A stretch of 63,539 nucleotides of DNA, counting the filler, from Thraustochytrium aureum (lineage: Eukaryota): NCBI GenBank assembly GCA_012862495.1. It is 5 parts of 2 records of this genome, joined end to end, with 100 filler letters (N's around TTAATTAATTAA, not from the genome) between each part and the next. Parts side by side here need not be neighbours in the genome. Positions count along the whole stretch, not along the records: positions 22,394 to 51,060 come from BLSG01000378.1; 4 more parts are not named here. One strand, written 5' to 3'. A program made the position numbers and the translations under genes. This document shows, piece by piece, positions 34,286 through 46,923 of the stretch. The notes beneath the pieces are model-generated. The model was not told the origin of the DNA. It saw only the letters and a program-made list of their open reading frames with translations, and did no database searches. Numbering within the stretch: position 1 is the stretch's first letter; every line of letters starts with the position of its first letter.

Positions 34286-37021
34286 CTACTTGAAGGGAGC
34301 TCGGCCGAGGACCGGTGTCGCCCGACCCCCGGAGCGTGTGCTGAGTGTAGCCTTTGCGACGGGCGCGGCTGCCGACACCGAGTTGCCTTCCGTTGGCGCA
34401 TTCTCTTTGGCAGCGCGATGGCCAGGCGGCTTGGCATGCTTTCGCTCCATCCGCATCGTGGCTCGGTTGGGAGGCGTTTCACGCCCGCTGCGCGCCGGTG
34501 GTGGCCCGACTTGCGGCAGGAGCGCTGCTTCCTGGGGGCTATCCGCCCCGCCGCGCAGGCTCCGCGAGCGCAAAGCGCCAACCGGCTTTTCCGCAGCGCA
34601 AATTTGTAGAGCAGCGTGAGAGCTGCGCGCCGCCGTCGTCAAAGGCTCACGGCGTCGCTGCTCTTGGGACGCCACGGTCGTGCATGCGGTGGCTGTCGTT
34701 GCAGGTTGCACGGCCCTCGCGTGTGCGTCAAATCTGCCAGGCACATGGCTCGAGCCCGCGCCCGACCCAGAACCCGCGCGAACCGCAGCACCCGGGCAAA
34801 TCGCAGACAGCCACTTGTCAACCGACGACCGCGGCGTTTGCGTGGACTTGGATGGGTTGGGGCTGAGCGTCCTGCCCACTTTCCTCCCGACCAGCTCGCC
34901 AGTTTCAGCCGAGCCCACGCAGGCCCCTAGTTCTTCAGGTGCTGTCCAGCAGTCGACCCGACTATGGACGCGCTGGATTGAGCGCCGAACAGCTTCGTCC
35001 ACGCAAGCGATATGGTCCTGCAACCGTGCGTCCACAGCCCCAGAGTTGCCGACGAGTCCACTGGTCCGAACAATGCCTTGCAGCAACTCTGCGTCCACTT
35101 TTGGAGCACACCGAGACGAAGGCACGGCGCGGGGCTCGAACTCAGGCCGCACGTGTTTCGGGAGCAGATCTGCCAGCTGCACCCAGGCAGGATCAGCAGG
35201 AACATCCGCTGCGCTCGGAAGCGAGTTGCTGGCGCCGCATCGGACAAGCACTGCAGCCGCGTCCGCAAAGCCCGGCTCATTTGATTCAGCTGGGCGGTTT
35301 GCAAGAGGCGCGAGCTCGTCCGAGGCAGAAGCGAGCGCCCTACACGTTCCTTGAAAGAGCGCCGTGTCTACCTGGCTTTGCCTGCTACTTGCCCGGGGAG
35401 TTCGCAGGGCCGACGGGGGCGTTTCAAGTCCAGCTGCTATGCGAGCGAAAACACGGCCGTGCACTCTGCACTCCTGTGCAATCCGGAGCTGCGAATCCAC
35501 CCAGCGCAGCGTCTTAATGTGAAGCTGCTCCTTGTGCTTGGCCACGGCCAAGCCAAGGGATAGTCGCGAGAAGAGCTCGCCGCACGTTTCTTTGACACGA
35601 GCAAGCGCAGCGCCGACCCGCCGCGCCGTGTTGGACCCAAGGCTCTGCTGCATCGCGATAGCGTCGCTAGCCATGCGCACGCGAGTCAAGAGTACAGCGT
35701 TGTCGAGCGCGAGGCGCCGAGCCACCGCGCGAAGTGCTGTCAGGTTGATTTGCAGGCTCATGCAGACTGTTGAGGCGATCGAGAGAATCTTGGCAAAAGC
35801 CTGCGCAGCAGCGATTGGGCCGCCTTGGAGCACAACCTGTGCTGCCAAGGCAACGACGTGAGTTTCGTCGGCCTTGTGCGCTTCGCTTGCTGACACAGCG
35901 CGCTGTCGTTCTTCGGATTGGTCCCGCGTGAGCTTTTCTTGCGTTTTCCGGCACAGCGCCTTGGCTTGCTCAATGCACATCTCGAGCTTGGCACGTTGCG
36001 CCTTGTTGAACGCAGCCGCGGCATCCAGTTCTTGCTCTTTCTTCCGAAGGAGCTCCAAAGCGGTCCTCACCATCGTTTTGGTGCCTTCCAACTCCGCGAG
36101 AAGAGCACGGTTTTCATTGCCGAATTCTTCGACAGCAAGTAGGGCGATAGATCTAGCCTCCACAAGTTCAGCATTGTAGCTGCGAAGCTTGGTGTGCAGC
36201 AGACCTCCGTCGTGGGTTGACACCTCGCCCGTTTCCCCACTATTGTCCGTGCCTTGCGCGCCCAAGGCGGGCAACGTTTCTTCGCCCACGGGCCCCTGCT
36301 GGCAGGTCTCGGTTTTTTTGAGGAGGGCTATAGCGGACTCCAGAATCGCACTCGCGTTTGTTTTGAGCTTCTGCAGAGCGCCCTGGACCACAAGCCATAA
36401 ATCCTCCACTCCGGGCGCTTCCATGACCTGCTCTACAGTCGCACGTGCGGTTTCGCCTCCTGGGAGTTTCAGGCCCGATGGCGCGTCACTGGTGGTGACT
36501 TCCGCCCTGCCTGCCCCAGCACCAAGGCAAGCATTCGCCTCACTGTCAGAGGTCCTGTCACCGACTGCCTCCGCTCCCGTTTGGACCACTGAAGGGGAGG
36601 CTGCTTGGGTCTGGATCGTCCCGGTACCGGTAGTTGGTCCATCTGCAGCACGTGGTTCTGCAGGGGGCTCACTCTGGGGCCGCTGGACATCGTCGCGTCC
36701 CGTCGTGGCTTTGGGATTTTCTGCAGGACAAGGTGCCGCCGGCCGAGCTAAAGCCGGACAACCTGACGCTGTTTCGGCGCCCTCTTGCACAGTGGGGCAA
36801 GGCGTCTCACCCCCCTCACCAGGGCCTACAGTCACATCGTCGGCACTCGAGGCCTGGTTGCTGCAGCTCGGCTGCGGCGATTCTGAGTTGGAGGGAGCAG
36901 GTAGTGCGCCCGCTTCTGCCGTCTGCTTTCCTTGCATCTTCTTCTTCGAGTTCGTCGAAGCGGCGGCCCTCTTCTTCCGCGCTTTATGCGCGTCCTTTCG
37001 GCGGCGGGCTTGTTTCCCCAT
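34286..37021 (-). CDS. Hypothetical protein with basic N-terminus, disordered region and central coiled coil
   Basis: Uninterrupted ORF of >900 codons; MGKQARRRKDAHKARKKR; heptad-like centre; no family recognised. Confidence 0.7.
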   Translation of the reverse strand: MGKQARRRKDAHKARKKRAAASTNSKKKMQGKQTAEAGALPAPSNSESPQPSCSNQASSADDVTVGPGEGGETPCPTVQEGAETASGCPALARPAAPCPAENPKATTGRDDVQRPQSEPPAEPRAADGPTTGTGTIQTQAASPSVVQTGAEAVGDRTSDSEANACLGAGAGRAEVTTSDAPSGLKLPGGETARATVEQVMEAPGVEDLWLVVQGALQKLKTNASAILESAIALLKKTETCQQGPVGEETLPALGAQGTDNSGETGEVSTHDGGLLHTKLRSYNAELVEARSIALLAVEEFGNENRALLAELEGTKTMVRTALELLRKKEQELDAAAAFNKAQRAKLEMCIEQAKALCRKTQEKLTRDQSEERQRAVSASEAHKADETHVVALAAQVVLQGGPIAAAQAFAKILSIASTVCMSLQINLTALRAVARRLALDNAVLLTRVRMASDAIAMQQSLGSNTARRVGAALARVKETCGELFSRLSLGLAVAKHKEQLHIKTLRWVDSQLRIAQECRVHGRVFARIAAGLETPPSALRTPRASSRQSQVDTALFQGTCRALASASDELAPLANRPAESNEPGFADAAAVLVRCGASNSLPSAADVPADPAWVQLADLLPKHVRPEFEPRAVPSSRCAPKVDAELLQGIVRTSGLVGNSGAVDARLQDHIACVDEAVRRSIQRVHSRVDCWTAPEELGACVGSAETGELVGRKVGRTLSPNPSKSTQTPRSSVDKWLSAICPGAAVRAGSGSGAGSSHVPGRFDAHARAVQPATTATACTTVASQEQRRREPLTTAARSSHAALQICAAEKPVGALRSRSLRGGADSPQEAALLPQVGPPPARSGRETPPNRATMRMERKHAKPPGHRAAKENAPTEGNSVSAAAPVAKATLSTRSGGRATPVLGRAPFK

Positions 37022-37762
37022 CGCTGCTGTTGAACGCCCACCTCCCCTTGTTGACAGAGCCTTTGCGAACGTGTCTGTCAATGTTGCCTCAGCAATGTTG
37101 CAGCCCAGAGCGAATGAGTGCGTCCGCGTAGCCGTGGCCCTTGCGTGGTTTCGTTCCGGCTCTGCTGCTGCCACGCGAGTCGATGGGCTTTCTGGTCCAT
37201 GATGAGCGTCTTGTCGGCGGTTTTGCCCTGGGATTTGCTCGACAGTTTTTTGGTCCCTCATGGTGCCGTCGTATGTTGCCGCACAGCGCCGGGGCCTTGG
37301 GGCNNNNNNNNNNNNNNNNNNNNNNNNNNNNNNNNNNNNNNNNNNNATGTGCTTGCTCTGGGACTCGACGGGCCGCTACCGATGCAAGCGAGAGCTCGTG
37401 GCTTCCGTTGAGAGCTCGTGGCTTCCGTTGGTCCTTGTTGGTGCTCCTACAGCCTGTGCCGGAGATGGACTGGCTCTGTTGCACTCGAGCAAGCCAACGA
37501 TGTAGACGCGATGTTGGACCGGATGAACCAGCAAGCAAGCAACAATGCAAGCAACCATGCATGAGGCGGCGCATGCTTGGAATTTGCGGGGCGACATGTT
37601 CCGTGTTTGTTTCGTTTTGTTGGTATACTAGCTAGCGTTGCCGCGCGGGAGGCTCACGCACCGGCGGCACGCAATGGGAAACAGAGGCGGGACCACCTTT
37701 TTGGCGAGCTAGCTGCTCTGCACGCGGCGCTCTGTCTCTCAAGAGAAGAGCTACAGCTCAAG

Positions 37763-40700
37763 TCAGCTCGAGGACGCCGTTGGCGACGCAGAGCTCAGGA
37801 AAAGGCGCTGAAAGTGGTCGCGCAGCTGCTTGGACGACAACGACGTGTCCCCAGCGAGCGTCGCGTACTCGCGCGCAAGCGCAGGGGGGCAGGACAGCGA
37901 CGGAAGTACCGTCTCCGAAAGTGCCTGAAGCCACTGCCAGCCGATCATTCGCGCCAGCGTCTGGTGCAAGCCGCATATCTTCTCAAGCAGGTGAAGCGAC
38001 TCGAGGTCGCTCGTCACAAACCCGGGCACGGCAGTGGCCTGGAAAGTCGCCCTTGTCGCTTTGTCCAGCAAAAGGCCCACAAACGCCGCGCGCAAGTTGG
38101 GGTCGAGTCCCGCGCTCTTCTCAGGGTCAAGCCACACGATGCAAATCTCAGTCAGCGCTTTGCAGGCCGTGCGCTGGGCATTGGCGTCGGGAAAAGTGGC
38201 GAGCGTGTCGACGAGGATCTGCAGCACCTGGTCCAGGTGCGGGCTGTTGGCAGGCGAATACAAAACAGGGTCGAGGCCGTTCTCCACGAGGCCGAGCACA
38301 AACCCGAGGAGGGCGCGCTTCACAGCGCGAAACTCCATTTGCTCCGCAGAAAGCGAGCCGAGCCCGGCCAAGCCTGTCGCGCTCGCGCCGGCGAGCGGAC
38401 GGCTCGTGACAGCTGGAGACGCGACCACGACGCTGGGCGAGGAAAAGGGGTCGGGCACCGACGCCAAAACGTTGGCGACGTGCGAGACGATACGCACGAA
38501 GGCCTGGTCAAGCACGACGAAGAGCTTGGCCTTGAGCGAGGTCACCAGCTGGTTGATGAACTGCATGGCCTCGAGCAGGCGCTCGAGGCCCTTGCTCTGC
38601 TCAAGCAGCCGCACGCCGATCGACGGCGCAAAATCGATGGCGCCGTCCCCGAGGAAGCGCACGATGCAGTGCAGCATGGTGACGATCCGAGAGCACAGCA
38701 GCGCATGGTCGGGCATCGTGTCGAGAGCCCGGAGCGATGTGTCGAGGCAGGCTTTGAACAGGCCGCCAGCGGCCTGGTGAGCGTGGCTCTGACCCTGGAG
38801 TCCCTTGGTGAGGACAGAGAGGCCCTGATGGACTCGGCTGCCCAGTTGCCGAGCAGTTTGCGCTGGCGGCGCTGCTCCTCAGAGAGCTGCGCGGCAGGGC
38901 CAGAGGGTGCGTTCTGCACAATCTCTTCAAGTTTGCGGTGCACGGGCGCCATGACGCGCTCCAGCTGCGCATTGACGACGGCCGGGTCGGCCCCAGCGTC
39001 GAGGCCGATGAGCAGACTGGCGACTTCGAAGAGGTTCATCGTGTCCTCCACAGCGTACACGGGCTGCTGGAGTTGCGCCGCGCCGGCAGCCACGTAGTTC
39101 GTGCCGGACAGCGCTGCCTCCGCCTGCTGCTCTTGCATCTCCTTGAGGATGATGTCGGCGAGGACCGCGTCGTGGCCAACGACGAGAAAGTCTTGCAAGT
39201 GATGGAGAAGTTCGGCTGCGAAGGGGCGGATGGCCGACCGCAAGCCTTTCACGACTTTGAAGAACAGGTAGCAGGACTGGGAGCGCACGACGGCTTCGGG
39301 GTGCTGTATGCCGCCCGCGCCGACCATGCCCTGCAAGACGGGGCCAATGAGGTCCGGGTTGTGCGTCCGCAAGAAGTTGACGTACCGCGCGGTGAGCTCG
39401 TTGTAAGCGAGTACGACCCGCCCGTTCGGGTGGGTGGAGAGATGGCATTGGTGGATCGATGCGACGAGCTCGGCAAGCGAGGCCCGCGCGGCAGCGCGGC
39501 GCTCGTCCTCCGCGGCCGCCTTGGACACGTCGTTCGGGGCGTCCGCCACGCCCGTGCCGCCCAACACGTTGGCGGGCGGACTCGGCGTTGGCCTTTTTCC
39601 CGCTGGTCGACTTTGCATACGCGTTGCCGAGCTTGGCCATCTGCGCCATCGACTTGGAGGTCGACACGACGACGCCCGCCGGTGCACCCTCGGCAAAGGC
39701 GTAAACGAGCGAAATTGCGATCTCGACTTGGTACGGAGGCCTCGACGTGAGCTGGCTCGGGTCGAGCGTTTGCCTGACTGCGCCCTGAAGGAACGGGATG
39801 ACGGCGTCAAATGCGGCTACGCGCGAAATGTTGACGAATACGGAGCGAAGCTCTTTGCGATGCTCCTCAAACTCTGTCTCTTCCTCGTCGGCGCGGTCAA
39901 ACGTAAAGTTGGCGGGGTAGCACATTTGGCGCACCAGCAAGGGGAGGATCTCGGGGAGAGCGGCACGAAACACCAGCTCGAGCTCTGGGTCGGTCGGGTT
40001 TGGAGGGTGGCTGCGCTTGGAGGCGTTCCGCGCCGCCACGGTGTTGTTGTACTGGCCCAGCCTCGCCTCGTCGTGCTCGCGGAGCACGCCGATCATCTTG
40101 TTAATAAAGGGAAGGATGGTCTCCTGCGCGTCCCGGTCTGGGCTTGCGAGGCACTGGAAGAGCGCGAGCGGGATGACGCTGTGCGAGAGCTCCTCGAGCG
40201 CCGTCGCACTAGCTGGCGCTTGGCGCGGCAGCGCGTGGCGGGCCTCCACTAGTTGATGGCCGATATCGCTCACGAGCGCCGCGACGTTCTCGCGAAAGCC
40301 CCACCCCTCATCCTCGTCCTCGCCGTCATCATCATCATCATCATCATCATCGCCGCCGCCGCCGACGACGCGGTCTTGCGCCTCGCTCTCCTTCCCATTG
40401 ACGCCGGGGCCGCCTCCGTCGCCCTTGGTCGTGGCGGCGGCAGGCGACCCTGGCTCGGCGGCCAGGGTCGCGCCAGGGTCCTTGGAGCACTCGCGCTGAA
40501 GCGTAGCGCACAGGTCTAGCGAGCGGATGAGCTGCACTTTACTATCGTGGTCCATGCCCTTCCTGACGATGTCACCAAAGCACTTGAGGGCATGCACGCG
40601 GTACTCTTTGGTCCCTGTCAGGAACCTGTAGAGCACGGGGACGAACTTGTCGTTCACCACAAGGTTGATGTCAATCCAGGCCACGTACTCGCGCATGACG

Positions 40701-41365
40701 GCCAAGCAGGCGTGCGTGAGCTCCGGGTCGGTATCGGCGCAGCTGACCAGGATCTGGTGCCACAGCTCGACGATCTGCTGAAGGGCCCCGAGCCGCATGG
40801 CGTCCTTGATGGCCGTGTTTTGCTTGCGCTCGCCGGCGTCGCGCTGGCTCTGCAGCTGGACAATCTCCTCTGTGATGTACTCCAACACCTTGAGGAAAAG
40901 CATGGCGCCCGACCGCGACGCGTTGGCAAAGGCCAGCATGCGCTGGAAGGCGTCCGGCCAGGTCGCGGGGTACTCGCGCTTGACAAGGTGGGAGAGCACT
41001 ACGCCGACCTTGTTGCGCACAAAGGGCTTTTCGTCCGCGAGCTGCGCGCCGCGCGACTCGACCCAGCCGAGCACCGAGCTGCGGAGCAGGTCGATGTCCT
41101 CCCGTGCCAGGCAGCTGAACAGGTCGTCCCTCTCCAGCGCGCTGATCATCCTCGACAGCCCATAGAACCTCGTAAAGTCGCTCGTCGTGTTCAAAAACAG
41201 CTCCAGCCCGTACCGCCACCCATCAGGCGCCGCTTCGAGCTCCTTCAAGAACACGTTCACCTGCGCCTTGACCTTCATCCTCTCCACGTCATGCGCCGGC
41301 GCCGCAGCCAGCTCATAGCTCAGCGTCACCGCGCGCTTAATATCCTCCAGCTTGTCCATCCCCAT
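37763..41365 (-). CDS. XPOT: Exportin-T (tRNA exportin, Los1/Xpo-t); frameshifts ~39580 and ~38790
   Basis: KPFVRNKV..., YPATWPDAF, NTAIKDAMR, YVAWIDINLVVN, EEETEFEEHRKEL, VEIAISLVYAFAEG, GIQHPEAVVRSQSCYLF. Confidence 0.9.
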
Positions 41366-42357
41366 CCCGCGGGCGCCGGCGGCCGCCCGCGCGCCAGCCC
41401 GGCCACGCCCGCGCAGCAACCCACGCCAAAACCGGCCTGAACACGACGATTCCAACCCAAACCGGCCCGGACCCGCGCCGGACGCCCAGGNNNNNNNNNN
41501 NNNNNNNNNNNNNNNNNNNNNNNNNNNNNNNNNNNNNNNNNNNNNNNNNNNNNNNNNNNNNNNNNNNNNNNNNNNNNNNNNNNNNNNNNNNNNNNNNNNN
41601 NNNNNNNNNNNNNNNNNNNNNNNNNNNNNNNNNNNNNNNNNNNNNNNNNNNNNNNNNNNNNNNNNNNNNNNNNNNNNNNNNNNNNNNNNNNNNNNNNNNN
41701 NNNNNNNNNNNNNNNNNNNNNNNNNNNNNNNNNNNNNNNNNNNNNNNNNNNNNNNNNNNNNNNNNNNNNNNNNNNNNNNNNNNNNNNNNNNNNNNNNNNN
41801 NNNNNNNNNNNNNNNNNNNNNNNNNNNNNNNNNNNNNNNNNNNNNNNNNNNNNNNNNNNNNNNNNNNNNNNNNNNNNNNNNNNNNNNNNNNNNNNNNNNN
41901 NNNNNNNNNNNNNNNNNNNNNNNNNNNNNNNNNNNNNNNNNNNNNNNNNNNNNNNNNNNNNNNNNNNNNNNNNNNNNNNNNNNNNNNNNNNNNNNNNNNN
42001 NNNNNNNNNNNNNNNNNNNNNNNNNNNNNNNNNNNNNNNNNNNNNNNNNNNNNNNNNNNNNNNNNNNNNNNNNNNNNNNNNNNNNNNNNNNNNNNNNNNN
42101 NNNNNNNNNNNNNNNNNNNNNNNNNNNNNNNNNNNNNNNNNNNNNNNNNNNNNNNNNNNNNNNNNNNNNNNNNNNNNNNNNNNNNNNNNNNNNNNNNNNN
42201 NNNNNNNNNNNNNNNNNNNNNNNNNNNNNNNNNNNNNNNNNNNNNNNNNNNNNNNNNNNNNNNNNNNNNNNNNNNNNNNNNNNNNNNNNNNNNNNNNNNN
42301 NNNNNNNNNNNNNNNNNNNNNNNNNNNNNNNNNNNNNNNNNNNNNNNNNNNNNNNNN

Positions 42358-43591
42358 CTCGGCGCTGGCAAAGTTCCTGCAGGCCGCCGCGACGGGCGAC
42401 GTCGAGCTGCTCAAGAAGAGCAAGATCAAGGACGTGAGCTCGAGCGACTACGACGCGCGCACCGCGCTGCACGTCGCGAGCAGCGAGGGCAAGCTGGCAG
42501 CTGTGCAGTACCTCGTGGAGCAGGGTGCGCTGATCAACGCGCGGGACCGCTGGGGCCACACGCCGCTGGACGAGAGCCTGAGAGGGGGCTTCTCGGACGT
42601 GTCGGACTATCTGCGCGAGCACGGCGGGGAGAGCACGGGGGCGTACGACAGCGTGCTGAACGACGTCTCCGAGGACGAGATGAAAAAGCTGCAGAAGCGC
42701 GGCGAGCTGGAGAAGTGGGCCATTCACAACAGCGAGATCAACTTGGAGGACAAGCCCTTTGCGCGCGGGGCGGGCGGCGAGCTGTTCCGCGCCCGCTGGC
42801 GCGGGCTCAAGGTCGTGGCCAAGTCGTGCGCCAACATGGTGAGCAACAAGCAGGCTCTGGTCGACCTCGGCAATGAGATCTCGCTGCTGAGCACGCTCCG
42901 ACACCCCAACCTCGTCATGTTTCTTGGCGCGTCGTTCCAGGAGTTTCCCCCTCTCCTGCTCATGGAGTACTGCCAGGGGGGGACCGTGGAGGAGCGCATC
43001 CTTTTCTACGCTGCAGACGGCAAGGCGCTGCCAAAGCGCGAAAAGGTCAAGTACACTTACGAGCTGGCGCTCGGGCTCAACTTTTTGCACCTCTGCTCCC
43101 CTTGCGTGGTGCATCGCGACCTCAAGCCCTCCAACATCCTGCTCACGGCGGACCTCAACTTGCGGGTCACCGACTTTGGGCTCTCCAAGTTTATCCCGTC
43201 CAAGAACAAGAAGATGAACGACAAGTTCAAGATGACCGGCGAGACCGGCTCGTACCGTTTCATGGCGCCCGAGGTGTTCAAACACGAGCAGTACAACGAG
43301 AAGGTCGACGTGTACTCGTTCGCGCTCATCGTGTACTGGATGCAGACCGGGGTGCGCCCGTTCGTCCACTTGAGCGACCCCGTGGCTGCGGTTCGCGCTG
43401 CGGCGGTCGAGGGCGAGCGCCCGCGCTTTGGGGGCTCGTTTGATCCCAAGATGAAGCAGCTGCTCTCTGACGCCTGGCAGCAGGACCCAGAGTTGCGCCC
43501 GCCGTTTTCGGATATCGTCAAGCGCCTCGACGCGCTCGGCTACGACTCGTACTCGCTCTTTACTGGGCACCACCGCTGCTTGCTCTCCTAG
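42358..43591 (+). CDS. Ankyrin-repeat TKL protein kinase (plant ILK/VIK-like); 5' end in gap
   Basis: DYDARTALHVASSEG, DRWGHTPLDE, LRHPNLVMFLGA, HRDLKPSN, DFGLSK, MTGETGSYRFMAPE. Confidence 0.92.
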
Positions 43592-44585
43592 CTTGTTTCT
43601 CCACCAACCGAATTTTCGTTCTCGGCCACCGCCGTCCCGCAGCGCGCCCTGCCCCCTCTACGNNNNNNNNNNNNNNNNNNNNNNNNNNNNNNNNNNNNNN
43701 NNNNNNNNNNNNNNNNNNNNNNNNNNNNNNNNNNNNNNNNNNNNNNNNNNNNNNNNNNNNNNNNNNNNNNNNNNNNNNNNNNNNNNNNNNNNNNNNNNNN
43801 NNNNNNNNNNNNNNNNNNNNNNNNNNNNNNNNNNNNNNNNNNNNNNNNNNNNNNNNNNNNNNNNNNNNNNNNNNNNNNNNNNNNNNNNNNNNNNNNNNNN
43901 NNNNNNNNNNNNNNNNNNNNNNNNNNNNNNNNNNNNNNNNNNNNNNNNNNNNNNNNNNNNNNNNNNNNNNNNNNNNNNNNNNNNNNNNNNNNNNNNNNNN
44001 NNNNNNNNNNNNNNNNNNNNNNNNNNNNNNNNNNNNNNNNNNNNNNNNNNNNNNNNNNNNNNNNNNNNNNNNNNNNNNNNNNNNNNNNNNNNNNNNNNNN
44101 NNNNNNNNNNNNNNNNNNNNNNNNNNNNNNNNNNNNNNNNNNNNNNNNNNNNNNNNNNNNNNNNNNNNNNNNNNNNNNNNNNNNNNNNNNNNNNNNNNNN
44201 NNNNNNNNNNNNNNNNNNNNNNNNNNNNNNNNNNNNNNNNNNNNNNNNNNNNNNNNNNNNNNNNNNNNNNNNNNNNNNNNNNNNNNNNNNNNNNNNNNNN
44301 NNNNNNNNNNNNNNNNNNNNNNNNNNNNNNNNNNNNNNNNNNNNNNNNNNNNNNNNNNNNNNNNNNNNNNNNNNNNNNNNNNNNNNNNNNNNNNNNNNNN
44401 NNNNNNNNNNNNNNNNNNNNNNNNNNNNNNNNNNNNNNNNNNNNNNNNNNNNNNNNNNNNNNNNNNNCCATGACCATGAATTCCCGCCTTGGAAGCGGGA
44501 GCCGGACGAGGGCCCGGGGCCATCCACTCGGTCAGCGTTTGTTGTCGCTGGCTGGGCTCGTCGCCGCGCTCACAGCGGACTCACA

Positions 44586-46449
44586 TCAGACCAAGCCGAG
44601 CGCGGCGGCCGCCCAGTCACGCAGCTTGAACTTTTGCAGCTTGCCTGTGACGGTCATGACGTCGTCCATAGAGTCTCGCAGCAAGACGTACTGCGGCACC
44701 TTTTGGTGCGAGAGGTGCTCACGCACATAGGCCTTCACAGAGGCCTCGGACAACCTCTCGGCAGCCGCAGCACTCGCTGGTACCACGACTGCGCAGGCGA
44801 CCTCACCAAAGCGCTCGTCAGGAACGCCCACCACCTGAACGCCGAGCACGTCGGGGAGCTCCTGAATCACCTCTTCAATTTCGCGCGGAAAGAGGTTTTC
44901 ACCGCCCCGGATGATAACATCCTTCGACCGGCCAACGATTCGCAAGTACCCGGCCGCGTCGAGCTCTGCGATGTCGCCGCTCTTGAGCCAGGGCCCGTCA
45001 AAGGCCTGCGCAGTGCGCTCGGCGTCGCCAAAATAGCCAACCATGGTCAAGTAGCCCTTGACCATGAGCTCGCCTGGCGTGCCGACAGGCACGATGGCCC
45101 CGGCATCGTCGACGATTTTGCACTCCGTGTTGGGCATGACGCGACCGACCGTCTCGCACCGCGTCAGCTCGTCGTCAGCCACGCGCGACATGAAAGAGAC
45201 AGGCCCGGTCTCGGTCTGGCCGAAAGCGATGGTCAGGTCGCGCAGGTTCATCGTGCGCACGGCGCGCTTCATCAAGTCGACAGGGCAGATTGAGCCGGCC
45301 ATGATCCCCGTGCGCAGCGACGACAGGTCGTACCGCGCGAACGAGGGGTCGTTGAGCTTTGCGGCAAACATCGTTGGCACGCCATAGGCGGCCGTGCAGC
45401 GCAGCGCGTTGACGGCCTCGAGCGTCTTTTGCGGGCTGAAGACGCGGGAGGGATACACCACGGACGCGCCGTGGTTGAGCGCTGCCAGGTTGCCCAGAAC
45501 AAGCCCAAAGCAGTGGTAGAGGGGGACGCAGACGTTGAGAACGTCCTCTGGCGTCAGCTTCATGCAGTCTCCGACGTACCTGCCGTTGTTAACGATCGTT
45601 CGGGAGGACAGCGTTGCGCCTTTCGGGGCCCCTGTGGTTCCGCTCGTGAACTGGATATTGATCGGGTCGCCGGGCTCGAGGCGCGTCTCAATGGGCGGCG
45701 GGCCAGGGTCCTCGGCCAGCAGGTCTGCAAACGGCACGAACTGCTCCACGCTGAAGCGGGTCGACGGCCAGCTCTGGCTCTGCGAGCACGATGTGCCGCA
45801 AGGAGGGGAGCCGGGCGGACTGGAGCGGAGCCCACGCCGAGGCGGCGCTGCGGCTCGCCAACTCTGGCACGAGCGACTGCAGCATCTCGACGTAGTCGGA
45901 CGAGGCGACCGTTGGGGACGCGACGAGGACCTTGACTTGCACCAGGTTGAGGGCGTGGACCAGCTCGCGGGCCCGGTAGGCCGGGTTGACGCAGACGAGG
46001 ATAGCCCCGATTCGTGCAGAGGCAAGCTGGACGAGGGGCCACTCTTCGTTGTTGGGCATCCACACGCCGACGCGGTCGCCGAGCTCGACGCCGAGGCGCA
46101 GCAGCCCTTTCGCGAGCCTGTCTACCTTTGCATCGAGCGATGCGTACGTGTGCCTCACTTTGACCTTGCCGCCGTCTGAGACGACTAGGGCCTGCCGGTC
46201 TGGAAACGCGTCCACTGTGCTCTTGAACGCCTGGTCCACGGTCGCCTCCACGAGCCTCGGGAGCTCTGGCCCGCGAACGTGTGACATCCCGTTCTCCACC
46301 AGGTAGCTGACGCCCAGATCATCCGGAAACTTGGCGGCCGCGCCCGTGGCGCAGCGCCGCCCAGCGCCCCACGGCGTCGACCTCGCCAGTGCCGGTCCAG
46401 GCCGGGCTCCGGCACGGCGGCGCCCGAGGAGGCCGACCACGGCCCTCAT
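44586..46449 (-). CDS. ACSF2: Mitochondrial medium-chain acyl-CoA synthetase (ACSF2-like); frameshift ~45758
   Basis: NIQFTSGTTGAPKG, VPLYHCFG, FGQTETGP, GRSKDVIIRGGENLFPREIE, TVTGKLQKFKLR; Arg-rich presequence. Confidence 0.9.
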
Positions 46450-46859
46450 TCCACCCTTCCTCCGCCCCGAGCGAGCAGCACGCCTATGATGCACTCGAAA
46501 ATCAAAAGCAGCCGCGCAGCCGGCGAGCCAGCCGCGCAGCAGGGAGCCGAGCCCGCGAAAAGCGCCTCGGCCCGAGGCCCTGCGAGCACGTCAGACCGCG
46601 CACGGCGCTGGGGAGCAGGCAAGATGCACGGCCCGCCCTCAATTGGGAGGGTCTGCCAACCCCGCAGTGAACTGGGGACGCCGATTGGGGACGCCACGCG
46701 CCGAACGCGAACCAGCATCGACCCGAGTCACGCCGCAGCAACGGGGCATGATCCTCTGGCTGACAAGCCGATCGACCGACCGACCGACGATCATGATGGC
46801 GAGCACTGGCACTGCGCGCTGATCTGCAGAGGCGGTCCGAGACCGGGCCCGCAGGACCT

Positions 46860-46923
46860 GGCAACGAACTGGCCAGCCATGATGTCAGGCAACGAACTGG
46901 CCAGCCATGATGTCAGGCAACGA
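46860..46923. repeat. 28-bp exact tandem duplication
   Basis: GGCAACGAACTGGCCAGCCATGATGTCA x2 plus a partial copy. Confidence 0.9.

Noticed and set aside
37577..39097. Long antisense or alternative-frame ORFs (also 23060-24628, 20633-21808, 27010-28002)
   Set aside because: Shadow ORFs expected from high GC3 in the real genes; no recognisable motifs.
38927..43573. 1548 aa ORF and other long ORFs spanning N runs
   Set aside because: These are artefacts of reading through gaps; this one joins the antisense of the kinase to exportin-T.
17658..46449. Fatty-acid metabolism cluster (ECHS1 + ACSF2)
   Set aside because: The genes are on different scaffolds separated by an artificial linker and unrelated genes.
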